A stretch of 64,000 nt of DNA, taken from the NCBI GenBank assembly GCA_002269645.1, contig NIVC01001457.1, forward strand, positions 62,001 to 126,000, in the 5' to 3' direction. Both the position numbers and the translations under genes were made by a program. A model generated the notes under the pieces. The model was not told where the DNA came from and did no database searches. It saw only the letters and a program-made list of their open reading frames with translations. Below, piece after piece: positions 28,013 through 50,869 of the stretch. The stretch is from Macrostomum lignano (taxonomy: Eukaryota). Numbering within the stretch: the first letter of the stretch is position 1; each line of letters opens with the position of its first letter.

Positions 28013-29199
28013 AGCTTCGGAACCTTCAGTTTAAGCCAGCCAAGTTATAGCTGAAACCACTCCAGGTTCTGGGCTGAAATGGCTAGGGTTTAAAGAGCCT
28101 AGCCAGTGACTATATTAGTATCTAACCCCCCCCCCCTCTATAGGCTATAGCCTTGTACGAAGTGGGCGGCCGTTTCACTCCAGTCGCTGATGAAGGAGTC
28201 TCAAACGAGCTTTCTCTGTCCATCTCTTTAGAAACCTTGAATGTTTAAGCTATATACAATATAAACTTAGAAATGAGGGGTTGAAACTCAGCCCAAGGTG
28301 AGAGAGGCGAGTCCTGACCAATGCTCTGAGACCTCCACCCCAGCAACCCCTGCAGCAGAGCACACAGCCAGCCCCCTCTACAAGCCAGATCGGAGTGGGG
28401 GCCTGAGAGCAGAGCTATATACACTATTCTCCAGCATTATAAATACCTTTCTAGCAAAAAGCTCCTTAAAAGGCCAGGCAAAAGAAAAAAGCTCATCTAG
28501 CACGGAGAGAATTCGGAGAGTTGCAAATTCCTGCAGCAACAGGCAAAGCAAAGGTGAGTGTTGTATTTTTCACAATTTTTTATCATAATCATTGATAAAT
28601 TTATCATTCTAAGACATAATTGCATTTGTAATCATAGGTATTATGTAATCATAGTGAATAAGGAGAAAGACAAATGTCGAGACTTGTCCTGACCGAATCG
28701 CAGATAAGACTGAACCACTGGCGACAGAGGTAGGGCACCTAAAAAGCAGAATTCATTGCAAAGCCGAAGGTTCCAGAAATTCACCTGGAGCCAAAAGTTA
28801 ATTGGCCTCGTTAAAAGAAGCTTAATTGAAATTGCAACAACGTTCTGGAACCAGGATGACTCACCTGCAATTTGAGACTACACACCTCGAAGCAAATTAG
28901 ATTAGAAAATATGAGACAAAAAGCAAAAGGCCGACAAAATAGTATGCAAGGTTTCAAATTACATCCTACAAAGTTTGAAGCATTGGCACCTTCTTGTTTT
29001 ACTGCTAGTGGAGTTCCGGAGGTACAAGCTAGTGAACCAACAACCTACTCTCGTAGAAGGCTGTGACTGTGTTGGTGGTAAAGCAGAAAGACGTTTGAGA
29101 GAATTTTTTTATTACTGATGTGTTTTTGTTCAATTTTCATGACTAGATAAATTATTATATTCGAGCCAACATCTTTGGAGCACGATGAAGCATGATTTC

Positions 29200-29531
29200 A
29201 CAGCCAGCCTTCCAGATCCTCAGTTTCTGGGCCAGCCTCCCAGAGTTTCAGTTGCTGGGCCAGCCTCCCAGATTCTCAGTTGCTGGGCCAGCCTCGCAGA
29301 TCCTCAGTTGCTGGGCCAGCCTCACAGATCCTCAGTTGCTGGGTCCGACACCACTGCCCTCCCAGATCCTCAGTTGCTGGGCCAGCCTTCCAGATCCTCA
29401 GTTGCTGGGCCAGCCTTCCAGATCCTCAGTTGCTGGGCCAGCCTCCCAGAGTGCCAGTTGCTAGGCCAGCCTCTCAGATCCTCAGTTGCTGGGCCAGCCT
29501 TCCAGATCCTCAGTTGCTGGGCCAGCCTCCC
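29200..29531. repeat. ~29-bp minisatellite CAGATCCTCAGTTGCTGGGCCAGCCTCC
   Basis: Tandem array upstream of the Ig-mucin coding exon. Confidence 0.92.
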
Positions 29532-29645
29532 AGAACATGAAGATTTGTCGCAGCGTCATCATCTCACTCTAAATCTACACTTTCATGTCCTTTCTGCGTA
29601 AAAATCAGCAAAATTTCTCACACACCAACTCAGGACAAGAACAGC

Positions 29646-33550
<3,905 letters not shown>

Positions 33551-34142
33551 GCCGGGCAATCAAAGATGATTCACTCTGTTGCTTCTGCGCTTTGTTATAA
33601 TGCTTTTATAAATCTTCTGATTCTGCAAGATTCCAATGCAAATATTGCTAACACTCTCATTTGATGCTAAACAACTTTTTTCTACAATGTGCCTACAGCC
33701 TACTGCCAAACCAACTTGACAGTAGCATATGATGCAAATATAATTTAACCCGTTTTGTAGAAAATGAGCAAAATTTTTCATGTTTGCGTTTTACATGTAG
33801 CCCTACCTCCTTCAAAGTTGTGCCATGTTAACACATCTTGTTTTAAACAAAAATAAAAACTGACATGATAAATAATTTAACTGACCATCTTAAAAAATTC
33901 TATATGGCATCTCTTTCGTTGCAATATTTGGAATCATAATTAATGGCTAATTTTTCTGATGACAACGGAACTCTCGCGAGTCTCGGGTCAGTAGTTCAGC
34001 TAATTGCCGAGAGTTCGAGATCGAAATTAAGGTTGGGGTTCCTACAGACCCGCTTTCCGGTTCGTTGAGCTCGGAGACTCACGGATCGCATGAGGAGCCA
34101 CTTCCGTGAGCGAATTATCGGCTTATTTTCTGCTCACTCATT

Positions 34143-34930
34143 CTGTCTGACATCTCACCCCATTCACTCTCCCAGTCTCATCTCATTCACTCTCTCAGTA
34201 TCATCCAATTCACTTTCTAGTTCTCACCCATTCAATCTCCCAGTCTCACCCCATTCACTCTCCCAGTCTCACCCCATTCACTCTCCCAGTCTCACCCCAT
34301 TCACTCTCCCAGTCTCACCCCATTTACTTTCCAAGTTTCACCCCATTCACTCTCCCAGTCTCACCCCATTCACTCTCTCAGTCTCACACCACTCACTCTC
34401 CCAGTCTCACCCCATTCACTCTCCCAGTCTCACCCCATTCACTCTCCCAGTCTCACCCCATTCACTTTCCCAGTCTCACCCCATTCACTCTCCAAGTTTC
34501 ACCCCATTAACTCTCCAAGTTTCACCCCATTCACTTTCCAAGTTTCACCCCATTCACTCTCCCAGTCTCACCCCATTCACTCTCTCAGTCTCACCCCATT
34601 CACTCTCCAAGTTTCACCCCATTAACTCTCCAAGTTTCACCCCATTCACTTTCCAAGTTTCACCCCATTCACTCTCCCAGTCTCACCCCATTCACTCTCC
34701 CAGTCTCAGCCCATTCACTCTGCCAGTCTCACCCCAATCACTCTCCCAGTCTCACCCCATTCACTCTCCCAGTCTCAGCCCATTCACTCTGCCAGTCTCA
34801 CCCCAATCACTCTCCCAGTCTCACCCCATTCACTCTCCCAGTCTCACCCCATTCACTTTCCAAGTTTCACCCCATTCACTCTCCCAGTCTCACCCCATTC
34901 ACTCTCCCAGTCTTACCCCATTCACTCTCA
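34143..34930. repeat. 23-bp pyrimidine-rich minisatellite TCTCACCCCATTCACTCTCCCAG
   Basis: Tandem array. Confidence 0.95.
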
Positions 34931-35290
34931 TTAAAAGAGCAAGCAAGAGAAGGCAGTCAAAGATGAGAAATTTCATGGCCAATAAACGAGCAGCAGAAGC
35001 AGGCTAAAAGCCAAACGTAACCCGAAGCCGCTCCAAAAAGCAGATCCAGACAGCCAGGCAAACACGCAGAAGGGATTTCGGCAGCTAAAGAAATTTCCTT
35101 GGAAAGCAAATTGCCCAAATGAATAATTAATGGCTTAACTTTCTCCTGAAGTCGGTCAATCCAGAACAAAATCCTCAGAGGCTGATTGGATTTCCAATTT
35201 TGCAGCCACGACCTCAGACTAGAATTTCCATCTGCTCGAATCCCACATCGGAAGCTGTGTTTGGGGCATCATAAATTCGGACTTAAGGAG

Positions 35291-42068
<6,778 letters not shown>

Positions 42069-42684
42069 TTTCTGTTCTTCTTTTCTGGCTGTAATTTGCG
42101 GTTCTTATTTACTTGACAATCGTAGCTTTATAGTATTTCCTGTTTTTTTAATATTCAGTTTTACTACTGAATACGTCGAATCTAAGTAGTAGATAAGTTA
42201 GTGTTTGTTTTTAAAAAAATTGAAATACAAATAGCACGTAATACGCGCAATAAAAATTTGCCAGTTCTAAAACATTAACCCGGCCATGGATTTCTGCGAT
42301 TCGTTAAATTGGCAGGTGTCAATCTCGATAAGTTTCTTATCTTACAGAATTGGGTTTTACATGAAGCCAGTGTGAAAATGTTTTAAACATCATGCCAGCT
42401 GCAGACACTATACGACTATGTGCATGACCTCAAAAACATTTATACCAAAAATATGAACCAGCTGCACGACCCAGAAACTCAGACCAAATAGACCTCATAT
42501 TTGTATGAAAGAGGAGAAAGGAGAGAAGAGGAGATAAAACAGATGAGATGAGATAAGAATGAGGAAAAAAAGAGACACAAACCTTAAGCGGGCCGGATTG
42601 CTACTGTGAAGCCTCAATTAAGGACCCGAGAGAGGCTACGCGGGAGGCATGTGGAGGGTGCATGAGCCCGATCCATCTTCGACC

Positions 42685-43255
42685 CCGTTCTATGGTCTAT
42701 ATAAGTCTGAATAGTATGGTCTTTATAGATATGGTCTATGGTCTGAATGATCTGGGCTTTATGGTCAGGGTTCTATGGTCTATGGTCTATGGTCTAGCTA
42801 TGACCTCGGGGCAGGCGCGTCGCGAACGCTCTGGGGGAGACATGCCAATGCTTTGTCCCCCCCCCACCCACCTTGTGGTAATCAGTAATTTTTCTTCAGG
42901 GCGCCAAATTATAGTGCCTTCGGCGCCAAAATGAATGCCTTCGGCGCCAAAATGAATGTCTGCGGTGCTAAAATGAGTGCCTCTGGCGCTAAAATGAGTG
43001 TCTGCGGCGCTAAAATGAGTGCCTGCGGCGCTAAAATGAGTACCAAAATTTAGACATGTACATGTTGAATTCTTGGCTTTGTCCCCCCACCATTAAATCC
43101 ATGGCGACGCCCTGCCTCGGGTCTATGGTCTATGGTCTATGGTCTATGTGGTCTCGGGGTTTATGGTCTATGGTCTCTGGTCTCGGGTCTATGTGATCTA
43201 TGGTCTATTGTCTGTGGTCTATTTATGGTTCATGATCTATGGTCTGTAGTCCATG
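42685..43255. repeat. Degenerate 7-bp TATGGTC repeat interrupted by a MITE
   Basis: Direct reading. Confidence 0.85.
42812..43114. mobile_element. hAT-like MITE (copy 1)
   Basis: Termini CAGGCGCGTCGC...GCGACGCCCTG; flanks CCTCGGGG/CCTCGGGT (7/8 TSD); internal ~21-bp repeats. Inserted in a TATGGTC array. Confidence 0.85.
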
Positions 43256-44481
43256 GTTGCCTATAGTAGTCGGATTGCTTAATCTACATTTACTAAATCT
43301 CTAATATTTGTATGCTTGTCCATAACGCTCTAGAGATTGCAATTCTTCATAAAATACTAAAAGGTGTGATCAATGATAAGACTTGGTCAATTCAAAAGTT
43401 ACACTCGTATTGTAACACTCTTGTTGTTTTTTAAACACCCCTCATGACCACGCCTTATGCAAAATGCATTGTACATATACAGTTTTAACCCTGTGTCTGT
43501 GCCGCCAATGCAATATGACCCTTTACGACTACTGTAAGACGCAAAAGTAGCAGTATGAGATGATTTCGTTCCTTTAATTCTCTGCTTTCTTATCTTTCGA
43601 TCGTTTTTAGATCCGCCAATCTCAAGTGCTTGCGCTTTTTCCCCCTATAACTTGTAGGAAAATCCCTCATACACGTTTTAATGATGTGCACAACAGCTGT
43701 CACATATTTGTGACCCGCTCCCCAGGCAAAGATAAGATATTTTTTGGTTGCATGGGTTCAGATAAGTAGTAAAGTCAGTCAATCAGAAAATGCAGCATGC
43801 ATTTCAAAAAAATCGGTTCAGCCAATCAAAATCAACGTGACCGGTTATATAAAAAATTAGCAGTTGTTAGCTAACTTCAACTGCAGATTTGAAAGCCGCA
43901 AAATCTGATCGAAGTTTTTGTGAATTCTTTGTTTCTGTGTCGGTATATGATCAATGGCAATATACTGCATGTACATGTACATGTACACTGTAATAATAGA
44001 ATCTCTGCAGCTAGGGTACTCATGCATGAATGTATTACATATACAGTACATATAGTCTTCGAAACGATTCGAAACATATGTACGTGTCGAATCGATCATT
44101 CCCAATACACGAGGTTCAAGGTCAAAAACATGGCATGCAGGCATATCACGCGTACAGACCAAACACATAAAAATTTTAAGTCCGCTCAATTTATCAATTA
44201 GCGCATGCATTCTGTTAGTCTAATGTGCACTTACGGTTTGGGGCATCAGCAGGCCGCAGACGGCGAGGAATATACAACAATGGCGAAACCCGACCGGATA
44301 CAACGACACATGCAGTACGTTGGCTGAACGTCAGCGTAATGTAAAACTACATATCTTTCAGCGACGTCGATGGATGTCGGGAACGTCGGCCGACGTCGCT
44401 GATAACAGATCATTGCGTAATACGGGATACATATGATGTATAAATTTGTATATGTATTACTGTACGTGTACTAACACGTAC

Positions 44482-44802
44482 CAGGGACGTCGCCATGGAT
44501 TTTATGGTGGGGGGACAAAGCCAAGAATTAAACATGTACATGACTAAATTTTGGCACTCATTTTTGCGCCGCAGGCACTCATTTTTGCGCCGCAGGCACT
44601 CATTTTAGCGTCGCAGGCACTCATTTTAGCGCCGCAGTCACGATTTTTTTGCGCCGATGGCGCTATTTTTTGGCGCCCTGAAGAAAAAGTATTGATTACC
44701 ACAACAACTCACAAGGTGGGGTGGGGGACAAAGCATTGGCATGTCCCCCCAGAGCTTTTGCTGGGGGGACATGTCCCGGCACCCCCGGTGGCGACGCGCC
44801 TG
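44482..44802. mobile_element. hAT-like MITE (copy 2, opposite orientation)
   Basis: TIR CAGGGACGTCGCCA / TGGCGACGCGCCTG; perfect 8-bp TSD ACACGTAC (44474-44481, 44803-44810). Reverse-complement homolog of 42812-43114. Confidence 0.9.
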
Positions 44803-45240
44803 ACACGTACGTTACAGTGTACATATTGACCCGGCGAAGCAAGAGGAAGATAGAGCTTAGCCAAAAAAACCCACGGCACCAGAAGTCCTCATTATGTCCT
44901 TGCGTACGAGTATTATCCGCTATGTCTTTGAAATTGACGACAAAAAGTTACTTCTTTGGAGACCTTTCCATTTTTAGCATAAAATTAGCAAGTATTGCTC
45001 ATCGGGACTTTTTGGCACAGTAAGCCTCATCAAAATTTTTTTTTCCATTATTTACTACAACGGAACTATCTGCTTACTGTTATTTCGCTAAATACAATTG
45101 ATAAAACAAATCTTTAAGTTGCCAATCTAAAAAGAATATATATTTTTTAAATAAACAGTGTAAGGCAAGTCTTCAAACTTTATTTTTACTTAATGTGAAT
45201 AAATTAATCGTTTAAATAGAAATTTCGAATAAATTTGAAT

Positions 45241-45256
45241 GCTTTTCTTCTTGCTG
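45241..45256 (+). promoter_or_regulatory. Pyrimidine tract upstream of RPL23A, candidate 5'TOP/TCT-type start region
   Basis: GCTTTTCTTCTTGC lies ~110 nt before the ATG. Ribosomal protein mRNAs typically start in such tracts; the TSS is not verifiable here. Confidence 0.35.
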
Positions 45257-45358
45257 TTCCCGTCAAACGTACAGTGGTTACAGCACGACAAATCGCGACG
45301 CCAGACTGCTCACCGCTTAGTAGCTTAATTACGCTAGAACTAGCTTAAAAATACTCGA

Positions 45359-48300
45359 ATGGCACCACCTAAGACTAAGCCAGCTAAGGCTGATAGTGCA
45401 AAGAAGACAGGTGAGCTTGCTAGCTTGGTGTGTTGTATGACTTACGTGCATTTATAATGATGAATTTTTGTGATAATTTTTAAATTATAGATTAAAGGAA
45501 CCTTAAAAACTAGAAACTAGGCCTATCGCAGGCCATATTGTATAATTTCAAATAGAAAGCGATTAAAGGACTTCTTTTACTACAGGTATATAAATAATTT
45601 GCAGTTTTGATAGGATTATAATTATAGAATTATAATTATAGGAAGTTAGAGATGGCCCAAAAATGATTTTTTGTTATCCCCAAAACCCGAAATCAAAATT
45701 TGATATATACCCGAAAGTGACTCAAAATTTTAAAGCCAACAAAGCAATCAAGCATGCAATTGAAATATATTTTATATTTCATTCATATTTGTTTAGAATA
45801 TTCAAGAATATCATTATTCATTAAGCATATTGAGAGCTTTAAGTTCAAATTAGCTTTGATGAACAAAAGCTATTGTGAAGTTTCAGCTTCTCAGTCACAA
45901 TGAGTCCCTCAGCTCTGAAAACAGTAGAGACATTTAAAATCTGCGCTGGAGACATACATGTGCAACAGTTGGCTGAGCCATAGTCAGGAAGGTGGCAGAG
46001 TGTGCGCCGGAACAAATTTTGGCCTCTCCCAAAATTGTGCGCCGTGCGCCGACACAAAAACCCTCGTGTGCGCCGTTGTGCGCCCGCCACTACCTGCCTT
46101 GCGACAATAAACGTTACACAAGAGTCGAGTCACGAGACAAGAGAATATAATGGTTAATACGGGACGGTTACGGGCTATCTATATTATATTATGAGAAATT
46201 AAGATCGTTAAACCGAAAATAGAAATTTAAAAAATTTTTAATTTAATTTCTAATTTTTAAAACAAAACAAACATAAAAAGTAAGCAAATGGCAAAAACAA
46301 AGGTAAAAAGGAAAAGGAAAATATTTTTTTTTATTTTTTATTTTTTGGTAGAATGCAGTGTTACATTAGATAGAACAGTGAATAGTGTACTGTAACAAGT
46401 AACGACTTACATCGTTACATGGGATCGCCACAAGGGTAACGCTGCATGTGACGCGGCACCCGCCGCGCCGCGCCGCCATGCGCCGGTGTCCTCTGGTGTG
46501 CGCCGCTGTGCGCCAGTGCGCCGCTGTGCGCTGTTGTGGCGCGCCGCTGTGCGCCGTTGTGCGCCGTTGTGTGCCCAAAAAGGGCTTGTGTGCGCCGGAA
46601 TTTTCCGACCAAACTGCCACCTTCCTGACTATGGTGGCTGAGTTGGCCAATCCGGCCGACTGATTTGGCGGCCAACCAAGGACAAAAATGCTCACCTGAA
46701 AAAACACCCAAGTAGTAGTATTGAGTAGCTGACAAGGCATTTTGACTTAATAAGACAGTTATAAAATACTCTTGCTGTTTACCCAAAGTTGTGTTAATTT
46801 TGATTTTTTTACATGTAAGTTGCATTTTTGGCCAAAATCTATGTCACATTTTTGTTGAAACTAAGTTGCATGGCCGACCGAATTTTAAAGGTTGCGCATG
46901 TATGGCTGGAGATAGGCATAACGAGAATGTGCCCAAAATTAAAAAGCTTTTCAATTTCATTCTTCAATATAAAGCTGGGCACAAGACTAGGCTTTTGGTT
47001 TTGGTATTTGGGGGTTGCCATTGCCAACTTGGGGGTTGGAGTCAAATAATGAAAGGAGAGGGTGATCGGTGAAGCCCAAAAGTTTAGGTGGTGAGCAAAC
47101 CCATAAAACCCCATTGTAAGGAGAGAGAGAGAGAGAAAGAGGGTTTAAAGTGGTGAACATTGAAGGACTAAGGAGAGAGGGGTGGCTAAAGTGACAAATA
47201 TACAGAGAAAAAAGAGTTCAATGGGGGCAGATTTAGATTTTTCATGTTTTCTATATTAATTTTATGGTCTTATTATCAATTTATATAGATCAATTCACTA
47301 ATTGTAACCCCTATTGCAGCGCATGGCTTAAGTACGCCAGACGCCTACACAACCTGCGCCACGCTGTGAAATGACTTATCTGTGAAAGAAACCCTAAAGC
47401 AAAATTAACGCAGTTTTGGGTAAACAGCAGGAGTAACTATGACTGTCTTATCAAGCCTAAATGCCTCAGCATCTAATTAGTACTATGCCCGTATTCTATG
47501 GGGTGGCATTTTTGTGACTTACCCCTGGTCCACCACCAATGCTGCGCCGCGCAGGCTGATCTGCGCCGGACGCCGTCCGCCAAAATGCCCATGCGCTGCA
47601 ATCAGGATTGTAACTATGATATATCTGGTATCTTGTCCATGCCCTAGCAGTGCCTAGTCTAGACTCTTGTGTTAAGTTGATGATTTCACTGCTTTGCTAA
47701 TACATAAGGAAAGGCACCATTAATAAAACCAATTGAATCTTAGCACAGTCCTAGCTATCTGCTTACTATTATAACTGCTATGTACATTCATCCCAAGCCC
47801 AACCCCCTGTTCCAGGGGAATCATTAAATTTAATTGAACCTCCAACATTCAATGGTTTTATTTGCATTGAATGCACCCACCCCTCCAATATACACCAACC
47901 CGCGGGCAGAGGTTGGGGTGGCTATTTTTATAAACAGGCTGCAACCCTTCTACTGGAAAGGCAGATTGGCCAAAGAAGGTTACAAAAATTCTACATTTAT
48001 ACATATAAGTTTTACATTTGAGTTGGCAGCCATCTCAGAGGAGATACATGTTAAATCCAGCCAATCGATCAATTGATCCACTCAGCTTTACATATAAGAC
48101 AATGAGTTTGAAATTTCGAAATTTCAGGTATCAATGTACCCAAAAGTATAATACCCGAAATCAAAACTATACCCAAAAATTTGCAATGAAAATGCTCAAA
48201 TTTTTGGGTACCCAAAATTCTAGCCAAAATTTTGGACCATCTCTAATTAAAGTGTAAATAAAAATTTCAGCAAGTTATTGAACACCTCTAAGTATACCCT

Positions 48301-50869
48301 AAAAATAATTTAGAAGCAATTTTGAAAGGATTAAATAAGGCAAGTATGCCAAATCTATTCGTTTATAAAATTTAGTGCAAAAAATATGACAAAAGTCTAA
48401 TTGCTTAAGGTTTAAAATTTACTAACAACGGAATTTTCTTTCTATTTGACTGCTCATCAAAACTTGACTTGAATACTTAGCTCAAAATCCCAAAGTTTGG
48501 TCAAGTACTTGACTTGACCAAAACCTAAGTTGTCTAGGCTCTACAATCTAATACTAGTAGTATTACTGGTAACTTAAATACTAAACTATAAGTTAGGCTA
48601 GTATAGTAATATCACTTGACTACTAACACTAATTAATACAGTTAGTGTTTTTGTGTGCCTATATATTATAATAAAAAATGCATCCTTATTTAGCTATTGT
48701 ATACCTAAATAAGCCTAGATGCCAATGATAAATCTTAATCCTAATCCCAATCAATCCCAAGTCCTGACTTTTATGAATTCAATCTTGCCTAACCAAGATT
48801 TTTCCTATCCTGGTTGGGCTCTATATTTGTGATATTCAAATGGAGACTACTTATACTATAGTTAATAATTTTATAAATATATTGCTATTAGACATAGTAT
48901 CACAGTTATAACAATATCATGGCAAAACAATATGCTTGAAAGTTTCCATAGTCCATAAAGTAGCCTTTATGTCATAAAATTCCAGCATATTTTTGCTTTT
49001 GCTGACAATCTTGGCATACACTTGGTGTATAGAGTTTTCAAGTTTAATATGAAGTGTACACAGTCACTTTAGTTTGGATTGTATATTAGTGTATGCCAGG
49101 TTTAATGCTAGGAAAAATGATGAAACCTTGTTTGTATGCTGGATTTGTATGCCAATACAAAAAATTGTTATTTAATACAATGTATCTGCTGTCATGTATG
49201 CCAGGCATACAGGTCACCTTACAAACTATGGCATAGTTGGCATATAAAAAATTCAGTTTAGAGCTAATATAGTTGTGTAGTTGAATATCAACCAACAAAA
49301 GCTTTGTTAAAAATAATCAAAGACAAAAAGAAATAATATTAATGCAATTTATGAGAAAAACAAAATTAAAACAATAAACAAAACATATCTGTTTTTAGCA
49401 AAAAAATTGCCATTCTAAAATTTAGTAAATTCTTCTATTTTTAATATTAAGATTAAAAAATCATGCTCATATTTCTATTGAAGGTGATTTTTAAATTTTT
49501 GGACATCTTCAAGTTTATTTTGATAAATTAGTTGCAGTTTTGACAGGATCATAATTCTGTCTCTATAGAGGGTTTTTGATAGTGCTTATTTCAAATTTGA
49601 GCTACATTTTTTTGGTAGCTTCAACCCAACTATATGTAGCTTAAAACCAATCACTAGGGCATAGGGAATAGGGAGTTAGGATAGAAAGATTCTTCATGGG
49701 GATTTTTTTATTAACATAAACTTGAATAGAACTTGAATAGAAGCATTGAGACCTATTTTAAGATAGGATTCTTGTTCTGGCATACACTATTACACAATCT
49801 GGACCTTGGGTGATGGCATGTTTGGATTTTGGGCAATCCTATAGAATCATTTGTTAACTTATTTTTTTGCTTGATATTAAATCCTTTTTAATTTAGAGTA
49901 AAAAAAATAAGTCCTTAATCCTAAGGACTTTAGGAGCTCTTCTTGCATTGAAAAAGAAAAAAACCATCTTAACTTTAGCCTTCATTATCCCTACTATAGA
50001 ATGGGCGTGTAGCATCAAAAATGTCTTTTGCTGGAGTTTCTAATCCTTAAGACTTGAAAGTTTTCAAATATCCTTTACTATATAACCTTAGCTAATAAAT
50101 TTCTAGTAACTTCTTCTAATTTAAGAAATGTTAAATTCCTAAATTATTTGTTATAATTTATTGTTAAATCAACTACCAGCATTAAAAATTTAATCAATAA
50201 TTCACTAGTAAAGTGAGAAATATAGTGAGAAAAGTAAAGAATGACAGCAATAGTTTTACCTAGCACTCAATTACATCTGATTGCTTGAGCCCTTAACCCT
50301 AGAGACAAAAGCTAGGCCCCTCGCCAGCTTGCCAGATCAGCTGGGTGTCGCTCAGGTGTGGTAGCTATAGTAGAAATTTAATATATTAAAATAGTGTGCA
50401 TAACAAATATTGCTATCAATATATATTCAATGTAAACTTCGTGCCCGCAGTGACGAAGGCGCTGAAGGCCAAGGGCCAGCAGTTGAAGGGCACGCAGCAG
50501 CTGCGCAAGCGGAAGATCCGGACCACACCGCGGTTCAAGCGGCCGGAGACCTACCGCCCGCCCCGCGCCCCCAAGTACGCGCGCCGCTCTCTGCCACGAC
50601 GCAACGCGCTGGACGCATTCAAGATCATGCAGTACCCGCTGACCACAGAGTCCTCCATGAAGAAGATCGAAGAGCAGAACACGCTGGTGTTCATTGTTGA
50701 TAAGCGGGCTAGCAAGCCACTGATCAAGGACGCAGTGAAGAAGCTGTACGACATCCAGGCCAGCAAGGTGAACACCTTGATCCGGCCTGACGGTTTGAAG
50801 AAGGCCTACGTGAAGCTGAGCGCGGAGCACGACGCGCTGGACGTGGCTAACAAAATCGGCATCATCTAA
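45359..50869 (+). CDS. RPL23A: 60S ribosomal protein L23a (uL23), 156 aa, two exons
   Basis: Exon 1 45359-45410 ([17 protein letters not shown], donor AG|GTGAGC, phase 1) joins exon 2 50451-50869 ([14 protein letters not shown]...[23 protein letters not shown]...[17 protein letters not shown]...[12 protein letters not shown]). Confidence 0.97.
45978..46634. mobile_element. 657-bp MITE with perfect 21-bp TIR and 8-bp TSD
   Basis: TIR CCATAGTCAGGAAGGTGGCAG / CTGCCACCTTCCTGACTATGG; TSD TGGCTGAG (45970-45977, 46635-46642); GTGCGCCG subterminal repeats. Confidence 0.92.
47309..47606. mobile_element. 298-bp MITE with 8-bp TSD carrying a 28S rRNA-like fragment
   Basis: TIR CCCTATTGCAGCGCATGG vs CCTGATTGCAGCGCATGG (16/18); perfect TSD ATTGTAAC (47301-47308, 47607-47614). 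Confidence 0.88.
47418..47481 (+). pseudogene. Degenerate fragment of eukaryotic 28S rRNA (helix 69-71 region), not a functional rRNA gene
   Basis: GGGTAAACAGCAGGAGTAACTATGACTGTCTTATCAAGCCTAAATGCCTCAGCATCTAATTAGT vs recalled conserved 28S GGGTAAACGGCGGGAGTAACTATGACTCTCTTAAGGTAGCCAAATGCCTCGTCATCTAATTAGT: about 55 of 65 aligned columns by hand. Confidence 0.85.

Larger units (their letters stand above)
45647..48245. mobile_element. Non-autonomous hAT-like element in the RPL23A intron (host of two nested MITEs)
   Basis: 16-bp TIR TAGAGATGG(C/T)CCAAAA; ACCCGAAA/ACCCAAAA subterminal motifs at both ends. Flanks TAGGAAGT/ATTAAAGT match only 4/8, so the TSD is not proven. Confidence 0.6.

Noticed and set aside
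28298-28588. ORF with a GTGAGT donor at 28554 as a coding first exon of the Ig-mucin gene
   Set aside because: Splicing to the 29633 acceptor is out of frame with the signal-peptide ATG; at most a 5'UTR exon.
44340-44410. 12-bp inverted repeat CAGCGACGTCG...CGACGTCGCTG
   Set aside because: No TSD or second copy; too short to call.
47418-47481. Functional rRNA gene or organellar LSU insertion
   Set aside because: Only ~64 nt, with non-compensated H69 stem changes; the sequence is eukaryotic cytosolic type, not bacterial or mitochondrial.
45455-49200. C-box-like ATGATGA at ~45457 and ~49117 in the RPL23A intron (snoRNA candidates)
   Set aside because: No CTGA D box at a suitable distance and no terminal stem seen; a snoRNA scan would be needed to exclude them fully.
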